In this document: in pieces, positions 20,605 to 33,800 of the stretch
Numbering within the stretch: the stretch's first letter is position 1
Layout: the number at the start of each line of letters is the position of its first letter
Assembly (NCBI GenBank): GCA_002811645.1
Contig: PDIP01000003.1
Coordinates: 496,001-560,000 of the forward strand
Length of the DNA stretch: 64,000 nucleotides
Origin: Corallochytrium limacisporum Hawaii
Lineage: Eukaryota > Protista > Pluriformea
Direction: 5' to 3'
Position numbers and translations under genes: made by a program
Notes under the pieces: generated by a model
The model's input: only the letters and a program-made list of their open reading frames with translations
What the model was told of the DNA's origin: nothing
The model's database searches: none

Positions 20605-21023
20605 TTAGCTTTCGTAAGATTCTACTATATTTCCATTAGATCATCAACATGTCACATAAACAAGTTCTTGTCGTCAGCGATCCTCTTGCCACAATGTACA
20701 GTATTCGCAAGCCTGAAAACTACGTGCCATGAAGTTTAATATAGGTTTATCTTGACAGGAAGGTGACTACGATTACTAGAAGCACATCTGTCCGTTTGAG
20801 AAAGGAGACAGCAAGGCAGAAAACTCCTCCACACAGATAGTGGTCGCAAGGACAGAACCGGTGGAGGCCCTCACCAGTAGGGGAGTGAAACCTGCAAACT
20901 GCGGACCACATTGTCGGGTGGTCCCCCTCCCACCACGCTGAACTCTGCGCTATGCCGCCGAACTCGCCGGTGCATTCACACTAAGAAAGGCTGACGAAAA
21001 TTGAGAAGATCTTAACTGTTCCG

Positions 21024-21051
21024 TATATATATATATATATATATATATATA
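21024..21051. repeat. (TA)14 microsatellite
   Basis: Read directly. Confidence 0.95.
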
Positions 21052-24000
21052 ACGGTCGTCCGTATACAAAATTGCTGTTGACTATTCAGTGCGATTCTGG
21101 GATATCTTTCACAGGCGGAAGCTTTCTCCTGTTATCGGAGACACAGAAATTGGTCATCAATTGATGTACTTGAGCTATCGAGTAGTCGAACAAACTCTGA
21201 ACTTGGCATGGGACGGATTTGACGGCTTTTCCTAGGTGATTTTGGTCCTAGATGATTTTGAGAAGTTTGAGGGTCAGCGGCGAGCAAAACATGGTTTCAC
21301 ATCTATCTGACCATCCAAACGATTGCATGCTTTCATTGTTTTGAATAAAGACCTTCTATCGCTAAACATGCTTGTGATCGTAGATTCTCGGCAGGAGCAA
21401 GGGTTGATGTGGTGCAGCGGGTTCACGGTAGGAGTGAGCATATGCCCACAGAAATGTAAGTCGTCGTTGCTGTGCCAGTTGACCGCATCCGACTTCAAAT
21501 CCCGAGAAGCCTTTCTCGTTCGTGTTTTCACAAGTCTGTTTCAGAATGTGACGGGTGAAGTAGTTGTCTTGATTCGTGCGCGAGTTTGACATGGTGGTAG
21601 GATCGTATGCCTTGGTCTTGTATGTAGTGTCTGGTGTTGTATTTTTTGAATGTGGTCGCACTGTGCCATTGGGTTGCGTAAAGCAGCACTGTCTTCATTG
21701 ATGTAGCAAAAGAGAGAAGTTGATTCAGAGCCGTACACTGGAAACTCTAATAATGAAGGCCAAAAGGCCTGCTGTCATGCGGTAGTATCGTCTCCAGGTG
21801 GGCTCAAGTGACACCCCAACGATCCCAAACAAAAAATGAATTTCCCGCTGACGGCAGCCTTTTAGAGCACACTTCGAAAGCATTTGGGTTTTGTCGGTAC
21901 GTATTTGTCTACACGTTCTGTCGGGCCCTTTTGTCGCGCTGCACTCAACATTCGGAGCATTGCCAACGGTTTCGAAGAATTCATAAGCAACAAGGATGAA
22001 CAGAACGAAAGGGAGGGGTCATTATGCTGTAGCAGCAAAATACAGCACGGCGCTGGTACAGAAGCCAGTCGAACAGCCTGACAGCATACACTACTCTATT
22101 GTACTGTCACTACGGTCAAACTATCCAAGATAATGCGGCGATAGGCTTACCGCTTGTGATAGTGGTTGCCTCTTTCGGGCGGAAAATTCCCAAACTCACT
22201 CTGCAAAGTCTAATGATAGAGGATAGAATGTTTTGTCTCCTTGATATGCTTGAAACTCTTGAGCGAGACAAAGTCCTACGATATCCTGCCGCCAACCTCT
22301 GTACTATTCCTGTTCTAACGGTACTGTTGGGCAGTGGTTTAGCCAGTGCGTTTCATATCGTCGCAACAGCTCGCTTGTTGAGGGCGAAAACGGAGGGGAT
22401 CTGTCACTTCGACGGTGTTCACGAGGTAGACGAGCAGGCAGCAGCATGCTACGGTTCATTAGGCGACTAGGCGTAGAGAGATGGCAGTATATCAGCACAA
22501 TTCCGCTATCATGCTCAAATCATCTGTTCATCCGGAGTACTAGTTATCCATCTCAGTTACAAAAGCCGGCATCCCGTATGATGTCGATATTGTGCTTGCT
22601 GGCTTACCGGGCTGCGAAGGACAACATCAACGTGGTCATGCCAAGAGCTCCCACTTCTGTAACTCAGCCGGGACGTAGGTCGAATGTGTTGCTGTGGATG
22701 GGTTGAGAATGGAACTATTTACTGCTGGTGTGTTGTTGTTGCAGGATCTTCAAAGATGGAACGCGGCGATAGGTTAGTATCACCCGTATAGGAACTGAGA
22801 GTTCAGGGCTTACTGTAGTGTCCAACTTCATTCTCATCCCGGCAATCTACTATGTCTTGCCTTACACTGTTACTTGTACGGATTCCCTCGAGCTGGTCCT
22901 TAGTCCTTGCTGTACTTTTTTTTGTATAGCCCGGTTATGAAATGATGGACCGCTTGGTCTTCACTTACTCTCCTCCATCTTTGTCGTTAGCGTTCGGACG
23001 TGGTGGGTGGAAAAGGAAATCTGCCCTAAAGCTGGCCTGCTAAACTTAACTCATGTACCGCATACTTTCGCAAGTCCAGTCAGGTATATTGGATAACAGA
23101 AACTGTTAGAAAATGTGACGACAGCAACAAGGGTGATTAGAAATAGACGGAAAACAAGAAATTTTACTTCCATTGTCTTTGCTCCACATCTCGTACACGC
23201 CGCAGGGTCCATGCAGAAAAAGAAAGATCAAACACAAGACGTCCTTATAATCCAACACTGCTGAGCACAGCACATGTTCCATAGACAAGAAAGAGGAGGA
23301 TATAACTATCAATAATGTTCAAAAAAAAGCCCTTGCGGGTCCATAGTGGACGAAACGCATTTCTTTGCTGCCCACAGGCATTGCAATCGTAAATGAGCAC
23401 ACACACGGCGTGTGCGCTCTGTGTGTTGGTCATCGATAACGAGGACCCAAAAGGGTTGGGGTTTTGTCCAATGCTCCGTTTTTATGGTGTGATGATGCTG
23501 TGTGGTGATTGCAAACTTATACTTGGGCATTCTTTTCCAGTGTATCATCTTAGCTCCATGTGCTGAGAGCTGGCAGCCAGCTGCATATTGACGCCTTGTG
23601 CCTGATCAGGGCCGAGATCATTGATGAAGATGAAGATGGAGGGATCATAAAATACACACAGCACTCCGCTTTCCGTGTATCTTTCTTTATTCGTGTGGAT
23701 GGCTGCTTATGATCTCACTGCGGTCGTCGGTCCGGACTGAAAAGTCCTGCAGTACAGCAAAGCTCTGTGCTGTGGGGAGTGTCGCTTTTGAGACGTGTGT
23801 CCCTTGTACTAAGGCTTGGTCGTGAGGGTTGCTCGAACACTCTCCAATGATGGGAAGTGCATTTCAGACAAGGAATGAACACGAACGAAGAGTACATTCA
23901 GAAATCTGACAACACTCAGAACTATGTGCAGAGACAAGAGACTGAGTGTTACAGACTACGCACAACAGTAACCCATCATCTACCCTTCCTATCGTCCCCA

Positions 24001-24270
24001 GAAACAAAGTACTAAGTGTAGTACTACTCGCATACAAAAGTCTACATATGTTGTTGCGGGTGAGCAACGTAGCCAAGGCTATGCCATAGGTTGTATGTAC
24101 CTTTGGAAGGACGTGTGCTCACAGTTGGTGATGATGCAAACCGTGCAACGTCAAAATAAATCTTTTCAGTGACGATGATGCTGTTCAGTTTACACATTGT
24201 GCTCCCGGACTTGCTTACTTGATGACGATGATGATGTTGTTGTAGGGCCTTAGTCTTGACGGATGTCTGC

Positions 24271-24294
24271 AGGTGTGTAGGTGTGTAGGTGTGT
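24271..24294. repeat. Tandem (AGGTGTGT)x3
   Basis: Three exact 8-nt copies. Confidence 0.9.
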
Positions 24295-27200
24295 TCTGTG
24301 TGTTCTGTGGTTGAAAGGTTGGGTCGCCCAGTTTGTGCTACACATTATCAACAACGCAGCCACCCCATCCTATTACGACTCCATATAGATCCACGCCAGA
24401 GATAGTTTGAAGGACTTACGACGACGACAAAACGTTACTATCAATTTCTGTATGAGCACAGGCGGGCACATGTTACGCTGCCTTTCAAAATTTCTGTGTC
24501 GCGCTCACAGCCCCTTCTCCGCCTCTGTGAAAAAACTGTCCTCAGACCCCCTGCTTCCTTCCTTTCCTCATTGGTTCCCCTTGTCGCCGCCGTTTTTGAT
24601 GCTTCCTCTGTGGGCTGCAGGATGATGGCACTATATTGGCTCACCGGAGCACATTTCGTCGTGGGCGTTTCTCTGGCTTTTCGAGGCGCCTCAAAAAGAC
24701 ATTTTCGAAATATCTGAGTTGGCCAATATGAATGTGTGTATTCTTCTGCACCCTAATCCACGTTGCGGTGTGCCATTACGGGGGAATGACACACAATCTC
24801 ACAACTCCTAAGGCTATCAGTTTGGTGGTCTACTCCTTTAGTCTACATGTCCCTGTGTGTGTGTGCCTCTTTCCCAGACAATGTGCCGCGTTGATCCAAT
24901 GGCAGCGGGGAAGGATGGCAGTGCATGTGAATTATGCAGTCACGACAGAGATTGCGAGTGTTCGAGAAGAAGGTACATGGTCTTGATGCATGCACGGAGA
25001 TGGTCCACAATGACCATAACAGTTTGGGCAGGGGTCAAGAGGGGGAAAGACTGTTGAAGGAATATCTTCTGGGGGAGGTGAGGCTACCTCATTTTTGTCC
25101 TATTCGAAGATATGAACTGGCCCGGGTTGGCAAATAGGAAAGAGAAGAAGGATGGGAGGAGTGAAAACAATGGTTGCTTGTGGTTGTCGTTGAGCGGTCT
25201 GGGCCAAGTTAATTGCTTCCCTTGCCTGATAGTGACTCACTTGCTACCGCTGCGAAATTCAGTTTTCGTACAATATTTCAATGATGTGCTCATGTCTCAT
25301 TCGTTGTTGTCCATTTTGTGCAATAGAATGAAATATAAAGTTGCGCAGGTTTGATTACACTTTAGCCGTAGAGCCACTGAGGAATGAAGGAAAGCAACAG
25401 ATCAAACAACCATTTCTGCCACTCCTCGTCGTCTCTAAATAATGAGGTCGATTAGTGACACGCAAAGAAATGTAGCCAGCTAGGTTGTTACTGATTTCGA
25501 ATCGTCTCGCAACGAAACAGGCAAAGGCAAGTACGGATGTATATGAAAGCGTCCGCACCGCTTCCGCAGCGAGCCCGTGTGAGTATGGATTCGACAGATG
25601 GCGCGCCCTCGTTGACGACAAAAAGGTCATTCCGTAGCAAGTAACCAACCGAATAAGTTCGTGTCCAGCCCCGAGCACACACACGGCCGACCCAGCTCCC
25701 ATCAGTAGAGAACATCATTGAACAAGACGAAAAGGTCCCGCAGGAGGGGGGGGACTCACAACATGCATGCATATATACTATTTACCACCCATACACTGAT
25801 ACCAACCATATGTGAACAACGTGTTCTATGTGCATGGCACCAGACCTAGCCTAATCGATTTACCGACCACTATGGGTGTGTATCTTTCCCCTTTGTGACT
25901 AAGGTCAAGTCGGGAAACTCTCCCCTCAGTGGTGACGAGGCACTTGAGAGATAGAAAGACCAATGTATACTCTGCACCTCCGCCAACTCATGCGTGGATT
26001 TTTCAGGGGATGGTTAGAGACCCTTAGAATGACTAAAAATGACATCAAAGGAGGAACGCTTCCACAGGCAGCCGCGACCCCATAGACCAATTGAAAGCCA
26101 AGTGCTCTTACAGCGAAGGAAACTCAGCCCTCAACGTGAAGCAACCGACCACACAGTTCACAGACGGGAGTGCCAGAAAACATGCCTCATGCCGCCCCGT
26201 CTCTTTGACGAGTGGGTGCGGCTCCCAGGGGAGTCTAGCAAATGCGTGGGCAACTGAGGGTTGCCTTTATGAGGGCCGCACTTTTCTCCTGTTCTAACGA
26301 TTGGCTTCTACCTCTCCCATTCACTGCCTTCTTTTATTCCCCACTCGCCCCAATTTAGCGGCCAGTAGGAGTGAGTCTGCATGGAAAGTGCTTATGACGC
26401 GGCTTGAGATGACACTCCCTTGCGCCTCGTTTCGAGCTGTGACCCTCCCTCTGCCACCTTGACATTTGGTGCTCCGAAATTCTTTCTATCCATAATAAAT
26501 ATATTGAAAACTCAGAGATTCGACTGCACAGAGATGACACTAACCCTCGTGCTCGCAAAAGCGACTGAATCTGCAACTTCCAACCACGTTCCCTCCTCTG
26601 TCATACTTCCAAATTCTGGAATATCTGAAACAGATAAATGTACACACAAACAAACATAGGAAAATGTGCTGGATTCACGACTCTCGAGAGTTCCTATGGT
26701 TTGCGGCATGCAAAGTCCTAGCTTTGCTTTTGCGGTTCCTTTCATTGCAGACATAGCAGACTGGCGTATAGGGCTGAGCATCAAGAGGTCCGAGGTCTGA
26801 ACTTGGTGGGGGTTTTAATAGCGGCGGGAAGTCGCTGGAGAGACTGCTAACTTCGTTCCTCCCTATGAGGGCGGTGTGTGTGCCCACGTTAAGCAGTCAC
26901 TTCAGGCACTTCGTTCGTTCCTCCTTACATTCTCTGGCACCGTAAAGTGTAACCTTCCATATGCACAGTTTTGTTCAGGTTACCTGCTTCATTCTCGGAG
27001 CATGAACTCAGATCAAGTTTGTTGTCCTTCGGCGGGGGATCTCATTCTTCGTATGCTTTCTTTCTCCCGCTTCATTAATCATGCAATGTTTGTTGTTTCC
27101 TGTAGGTTGGATAGCATGCACAAGCGTCGTATTCATGAACAACGCCTGTGGCTACCGAAGGTGCCCTACATTCGTTTTGTTTCGCGAAACTATTCGAATT

Positions 27201-30200
27201 TGTGCTTTGGAACATTGCTTTGTTCCAAAACCCATCAATACGCTCTTGTATGGGGTGCACGGATGGCCGTGTCGCTTCCAGATTGACGCACGCTGTGCTC
27301 AACATGTTAACATGTACTCTCACTACTCAAAGGGCAACCCAAAAGAGAGAGGTACCAAGGGTGATGTGTGTAACCTCATGGAGGCTTCACTTCTCTCAGC
27401 TTGCATTCTTCGAATCACTTTTCCGCCAAAAAGTGAGACATAGAAATTTTGCTGTACCGATTGACACCCCCACCCCACCCCCCCGCCTCCGATTCTGCAT
27501 CGCGAAACGCAGAAGCTTACTTCCTACAAGTACCACTTACAGATTTCACACACATTGTACTACGGAGCCCCAATAGTAAGTATACTCGTAGCAGTAGTCT
27601 GATCTCTGAAACTAATCCTACCCAACTAGGTACTGCATTTGTGTGGTGGGAGCCCGAAAAGGGAGAAGAGATTCCCGCACAAAACACACAATAGCCACAG
27701 CGACGAACACACAGTTCGAATTTAACGAAAGTTGTGTGGTTCCAACAGGTATTTACTTGGTATCCATTTCCCTCACCAAGCAATAATCGGCGAAGAAGAG
27801 ACCTGAAAATTGTCAGCGCGCACATCGTAAGGACGACGATCAATTACCGGCACTTATCAAAGGAAGAGCAAAACATGTACAAGACGGCAGCATCAGGACA
27901 CTTTGCAAGCAAAGGGCACTCCGAAGACCGAATTTGACAGCAGGCAACAGTGTCATGTGAGAAAACCATGGGATGTTGGAAGTGTTTTGCAAGGGACGAG
28001 AGAAGAGTATAAACCCCTCCAAATTGAAAAGCATCAGTCATATTGCTGGTCTTGAATAGCGGTATATCCACATCGTCAAGATGGCAACATTGATTGTTGC
28101 TCTGGGGTGGAGTCTGGTCTGATGGGAGGCAAAGTATGACATAGAGGCATGTTTGCCAAGTACTTCTTCGTTGTTGAAAGTGGTTGTCATCTTCGCTCAA
28201 CTTTCAGCCTCAGTGCTTGTGGGTTGTCTGAATGGGTTGACATCACTCAGACTGCAAAGAAAGCGCGCGTCTGACCCTACCGGTCGCCCAGGCCTCGTCG
28301 GCACCATGGATCCCCATCGACACCAAATAGCATCCATCTCTCAGACTTGGTCAGAGATTGTGCCGGAGTGCATGCTACCACTCAGATATGTCGCCTACAA
28401 GGATGCGTGGTACCGCGTCTGGCTAACCCCTTACCACTGACAGACGGTCTTACGAACCGGCCAAGTGAACTTATCCCTGCCAGCCAGTGCAGTACACCTG
28501 GATGGCAAGACCAATCTGCGCTGCTTCGGCTTCCGAGTGCGCCGGTGGAGTTTCATGGATTTGTACCAATATTGAAACAAGCAACTCCGAAACGCAATTA
28601 CTAACAATGAGCATGCGTGCATGACATTCCAAGATTATGTCCGCAAGATACAAAAGGAAAGACCCGGGGAGTTCGAACCCCCGTGTTTATTTTGGAAACT
28701 CGTCCAAGCACCGAAGAGACGGCTTGGACGCGGGTTCTCAGTATTCTATTCTACTGCTACGAAATCGCTAGGGAATCCTTTGCTCCTGCATCTGGTGCTC
28801 ATTGCGGTGTGCAACAAAAACTACCGTGGCAAGCAGAAGGAACGGTGCCGACCAAAAGAACTAAACCGAATATGCCCGCAAAACCGTCACATTGTCCCAG
28901 TATTCCACGGCAGCCCTCCGCTGCACTGCTCGGTGCTGATGGGAGACAAAATCTCTAGTGCAACTGTGCAAATTTTCTGTTCGTGTCATACTCAAAAATA
29001 CTTGTGCTCATTTGCCGTAAAATAATCTGAAGTAAGTTGTATGGGCATGAATTCGATTTTGAGAAGCTTTGACGCTGCTGGGAGACAAACGCGTTCCAAC
29101 ATTTTTCCTTCTAAATTCGGATTTCTGTAGTTGCAGGGACAAGAGAGGTAATGGGGCTTTGACAGGTGCATTTTCCCCCTTCTGTGTGGCGGACTCTCTT
29201 CTCGCGGGTTGCGATGCCTTGCACAGAAAGAAATTTTGCGGTGGGCATGCTGCATGGCCGGGGTGTCTCAATTGAACTGAAAAAAAGGCACATGGGCAGT
29301 GTGAAACAATGGTCTAAGTTGTCTATCTAGACCGTATAGAAAACTGTCGCGCAAATGTTGCGGTGTGCGCGGCGACGATCTCCGCTTCGATATTCCGAGT
29401 CTCCACTTAAGTGGAAAACAGCAGAGAACGTTTGATGAGAAAGTGATAGTTCGTCTTTGCAATAGGTTCGCCGGAGTTCCTCCGATTTTGTTGCGGTCGA
29501 CACAATTTCGGTCTAACTTTTCGGAATCAAGTTTTGGTGGTCCGGAATTTGATAAGCGGGGAGCCGACAAAAAGAGATTGGGCGCGTATAGGAAGACAGC
29601 TTGTGAAACTGTACCGTGTCACCTTGATAACCCAGTCCGGTTATCGGCTAGGGAGACCATTTACCGAACCTAAGTCCATGAGTCCATTCCCAGGAGAACC
29701 TAATATGTATACAACTTGCATTGGATTTTCGTCATCCTCTCTCACACTATCCACAGTGATTCAATGAGCATCCTAAACAGAACAATCACGGAAAATGGAA
29801 CACCGCTGACTCTGCCCAACGCCCTTTGAGTCGCAACACGTTTTTGCAAACGCGGACAAAGTTTCTACCAAGCCCCGGTGGAAGGTTGCGTACCGCGGAG
29901 CCAGGGACTACCGAGCCGCGCTGGCCAAAAACAGTGACCGGCACTCGTCTGTGCCACCTCTCTTGTGTCCTGTCGGCGTGCTGGTGCAATGACTGGCGCG
30001 GTCGTGCCTATCCTTAGTTCTTTTTCGTATGCTGTGCGGGCTGCTGCTGTCCATCTGTTCTTCTATTTGACCGTATGCCACATTCAACTCGGCGTCCAGT
30101 CATAGAGCGTGGTACAAAAATAGAAATGTTCAGAAATGGTCAGGGGCCCCAAGACAATTCCTCCTCTTGTGTTCAGGTTCTTTCTTCTTGCCCAGTCAAA

Positions 30201-30839
30201 TGTTTTCTTTGAGCTTCTGAGGCACTTGCGTGTTCATTTCATGCCAGGGAGTGTCAGTCAGCAAGCACGAATGACAATGAGCAATCCATGACTATGTGCT
30301 GCACATGGTACGTTCCTCCCTCCTTCTTTCCCTCCCACAGCATCACCGCTTTATGAGTTCCTCCTGCATTCTTGTGTTAATGAAGTTGGTACCCTATGCC
30401 TCCTCCTTCGTTGCCTCCATTCTACTTCGCCTCTTCTTGTCCTCTTCCCGCATCCTTTTTGAGTCCGCATTAACACTCTAGTGGGTTTCTGACTTTTTCA
30501 AGCTCTCATGTTCTTCTCACTTTGCGTACACAATATTTCATGCGCGTTAATATTGGTTCGTATTGGTATTGACTGTAAAGCCCCCAACTTCGAACCTCTG
30601 AACTCCAGACTTTTGGGACCGTTGTATCGGAGGGAAAAAGAACATGGAATGTAGCTTGTTAAATCTATGAAACTGCTACAAACATGAGTCAGACGTTTGT
30701 AGCACACACAGATGAATCAGGAATTTAAGCGGCATAAGTGTGCACCTGGAGGACACCGAGCATACGTCTATTGGCGGGTGTGTGCCACAGTACTGTTGTG
30801 AGCACAGCATTCTTATGCAAATCACTCATGAGGGCCGCG

Positions 30840-30863
30840 CACACACACACACACACACGCACA
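30840..30863. repeat. Imperfect (CA)n microsatellite
   Basis: Read directly. Confidence 0.85.
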
Positions 30864-33800
30864 CTAACGCATGTTCCTAAACAAGACAAGCACACGCAAA
30901 TAGTAATTGGTATTAGGCGTGTTTCATTACTTTCGCGGATGTTAACCCCCCCGGAGTGGCTGTGTAATGGGCATACCACACTACTAGTGGCCACCATCTT
31001 CTTGTCGCGTTGTGTCTATGTCCCTTTGGCTGCGTCTGGAGCGGCGGGTGCATGCACAATCCCATTTCAACGGTTGGCACGTAAAGCTTGCCGGCCAGTG
31101 ACGAGACCGCCCATCCACCGGGGGTGTGTTTCCTCACCTCCCTTATTGTTCATTACACACCCACACACGCGTACATGCACACGCAACCGTAGTTGCAGGC
31201 TCAGCCCGCCCAAGGATGCAGCGAGAACTCGAGCAGTTCCATTCCATTCGATGCCCACACACTCCCTGTATGCTGAATATGTGTCGACAGGGTGTGCTTG
31301 GTTTACCTGTTCCATGCCCTTGTCTAGTTTGCAATCTGTTAAATATGCAAGCAGTTTGGCAAGTCCAATCAGTGCCCAGACAGACTCGAGACATTGTGTG
31401 GGTTTGCATGTTGCATTTGGGCTTGGGGGATGTAAGTGCCTTTGTAGAATGGGTTCAGTTTGTCTTTTGAAATGGCTTTTATTTTGTGCCCACCTGTGGT
31501 TACATGGCTGTGCAGTGATCTAAAGACTAGGGGCAAGAAGTATGCGCGCTGTCACAGCTGCGTGTGCTTCGTCTGGATGCGAGAGCGGAGACACGGTTCA
31601 ATACTAAAGCAGAAGGGGCACGACATGTAAAATGACCAAGTCCGGTCTTAGTACTCTTCATTCCCCTCATCATTGACGTTATCTGCTCCCGCGTACTTTC
31701 CCAAATTACACATGGCCACGTTTATATTGTGCGGATTGCATAGTGCTTATGCCCCTCCCACTTTCTGTAGCGAAGGGTGCAAAAGGGATGGGACATCAAG
31801 GAGAAAATATTCACACACTCAGCCCGTGCACACACGCCAAGAGCAGTAGTGAACATGACAACGGCCGCAAATGGTCCGGGGCTAGGCAGCTCGGAAGAGC
31901 CGGAAATGGGATTGGCTCCTCACCTTTATCTGGGTGTTTTGGCTAGAGTGCCAACCGGTGTTGGACATGGGATTGGTGAAGTTCCCCACCCCTCTTCCCC
32001 AATTGAAATCTTCAACAACGGTGGTTCCCTGGCCCTTCCCACTGAATTTCATTTCGTGCGTGTCACGGGCGGGTCCAACTGATGGATAAGAGTGCTAAGT
32101 GCATGGAGTTCTTCGTTTCCTCTTCCTCTGCACATTGACGACCGACCACTCAAGTACATAGCAAACGGGTTACTTCCACACCCGACATCCTAGATGATTG
32201 TGAGCTCATTCCATCTCGCCCCTATCTTTATCTCAGCTGTCCATACCCTGCCCAGCTGAAACTGTTTGAACAGACACAGCTTTGACGACCTCCAATTCTA
32301 CTTTTCGTCCCTACTCCATCTAAATGTGACGACGTATACGTGGTGCGCTATAGAGCTCGACATTATCGTTGGCAGGGGGACACACAGTAGATTCAATAGC
32401 TGGAAGAATGAAGAAGATCCCTACGGGAAAAGGGATGGTTTAATGCAGTAAGAATTTTCCCTCACTTCCCATTCAAAGTCAATAGATCCCTCAAAAATTT
32501 CTTCCGCCCCAACAAACAAACCTTGTGAACCTGCTTAAAATGAATGAACTCAAACTGAAAAAATTGTTAAAGCAAGGAGAAAGAAAGGCCAATCTCACAA
32601 AGCGAGTGGCGGCCTTTCGTGCGGTCCCAACCAGAACGCGCGCACAACACAGAGGAGCACAGAGTTTTGCGTTACATATGATGCCATCGCTTGAGCTAGA
32701 TAATTTTGAAACTTTATACATTATGTAAGGGACATAAATCGTCGTGAACACAGCGTGATATCAATTTATGTGTGGCTTCTGAGCGGAGGTTAGACGGGCA
32801 GAATCATTCATCGCGCCCGCAGGCAACTTCGTGTCAGCTTGATGATGACCAGTTTATATCATGAGTCTGAGAAAGTTACTCAAAGTAGTAATAAATTCAG
32901 CACCGGGATCGTTGAAGGGCTGCGAACGGTTCACCGACATCGTTGGATTTCACCTTCCATCCTTGGGTGATTGGTGATGGAGCGTTAGAATCATCCTCCA
33001 TCAAAATATGTCCGTCCATAATAACTGAGCTGCTGTTCCTCTTACCTTAGCTACTTTCCCAGATAACTGAAGAGATTTCGGGTCAACACTTTGTTGTTCT
33101 GCTCGTATGGCGTGCTAAGAAAATATATCTAAAGCGCAACCCAGGTCGTACGAAAACTAGCAATCTAATCCTTTGGAGATAGCAAAATTGAATACAAAAC
33201 ACGAAGGGTACAATATCCAGATTTGTGAGAGACCTAATTTCTTCAATGTTGACATAGAACAGACGTTGGCCAGTTTGCGGGGGTTTTGATCTCGCATGTA
33301 GATAATGCTCTGGGGCACACCTCCATCTTGCGGTAAGGACGGAGTTCTGTCTCAACGCAGGCGTATAAATACAGGATTGGTGACCGTTCTGTTCCCGCAG
33401 AAGGTCTTTTAGGGAAAAAAGAATAACCTTGAAGAATATTTTTCTGACAGCGCCACGTTTCCTCCCACTATTTTGTCACACAGAAAACTTGGAGTACATA
33501 TTTGCATTTGCCCGTATCTCTCTACCTGGGAGGGGGCATCTGTTAGTTTGGATTTATGCCAAAACGTTTCTGTTTCCATTGCGTATGGACCCATACACAC
33601 ACATGCTTTCGTGTCCGCATCCGTGCATCTCGTCCTTGTCTATTGTGTAATCTTATGTGATAGTAAATCACCTGAAGAAATTCTGAGTTTTGGGAGTTGC
33701 AGCCAGAGCAACATATAATGCTTCGTCTTGCGTCCGGTGAGTGGGGAGTTATGATGATTTCTTGCATGTCAGCCTCGTAGGTTCCTTGCGGACCATGCAA

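Noticed and set aside
23489-23566. Possible C/D snoRNA (GTGATGA...CTGA, ~78 nt)
   Set aside because: No terminal stem and no recognisable rRNA-complementary guide; TGATGA is common here.
23395-25687. Exact 15-mer repeat GAGCACACACACGGC at 23395 and 25673
   Set aside because: Mostly low-complexity CA; the flanks do not extend the match.
28661-28685. tRNA T-arm/B-box-like GGGGAGTTCGAACCCCC
   Set aside because: The stem is mismatched and no acceptor, D or anticodon arms can be built.
30738-31523. 261-aa ORF and other 60-140 aa ORFs in the desert (for example 35961-36281, 38809-39192)
   Set aside because: Non-ATG starts, Cys/His/Arg-rich random composition, microsatellites inside, no host codon bias.
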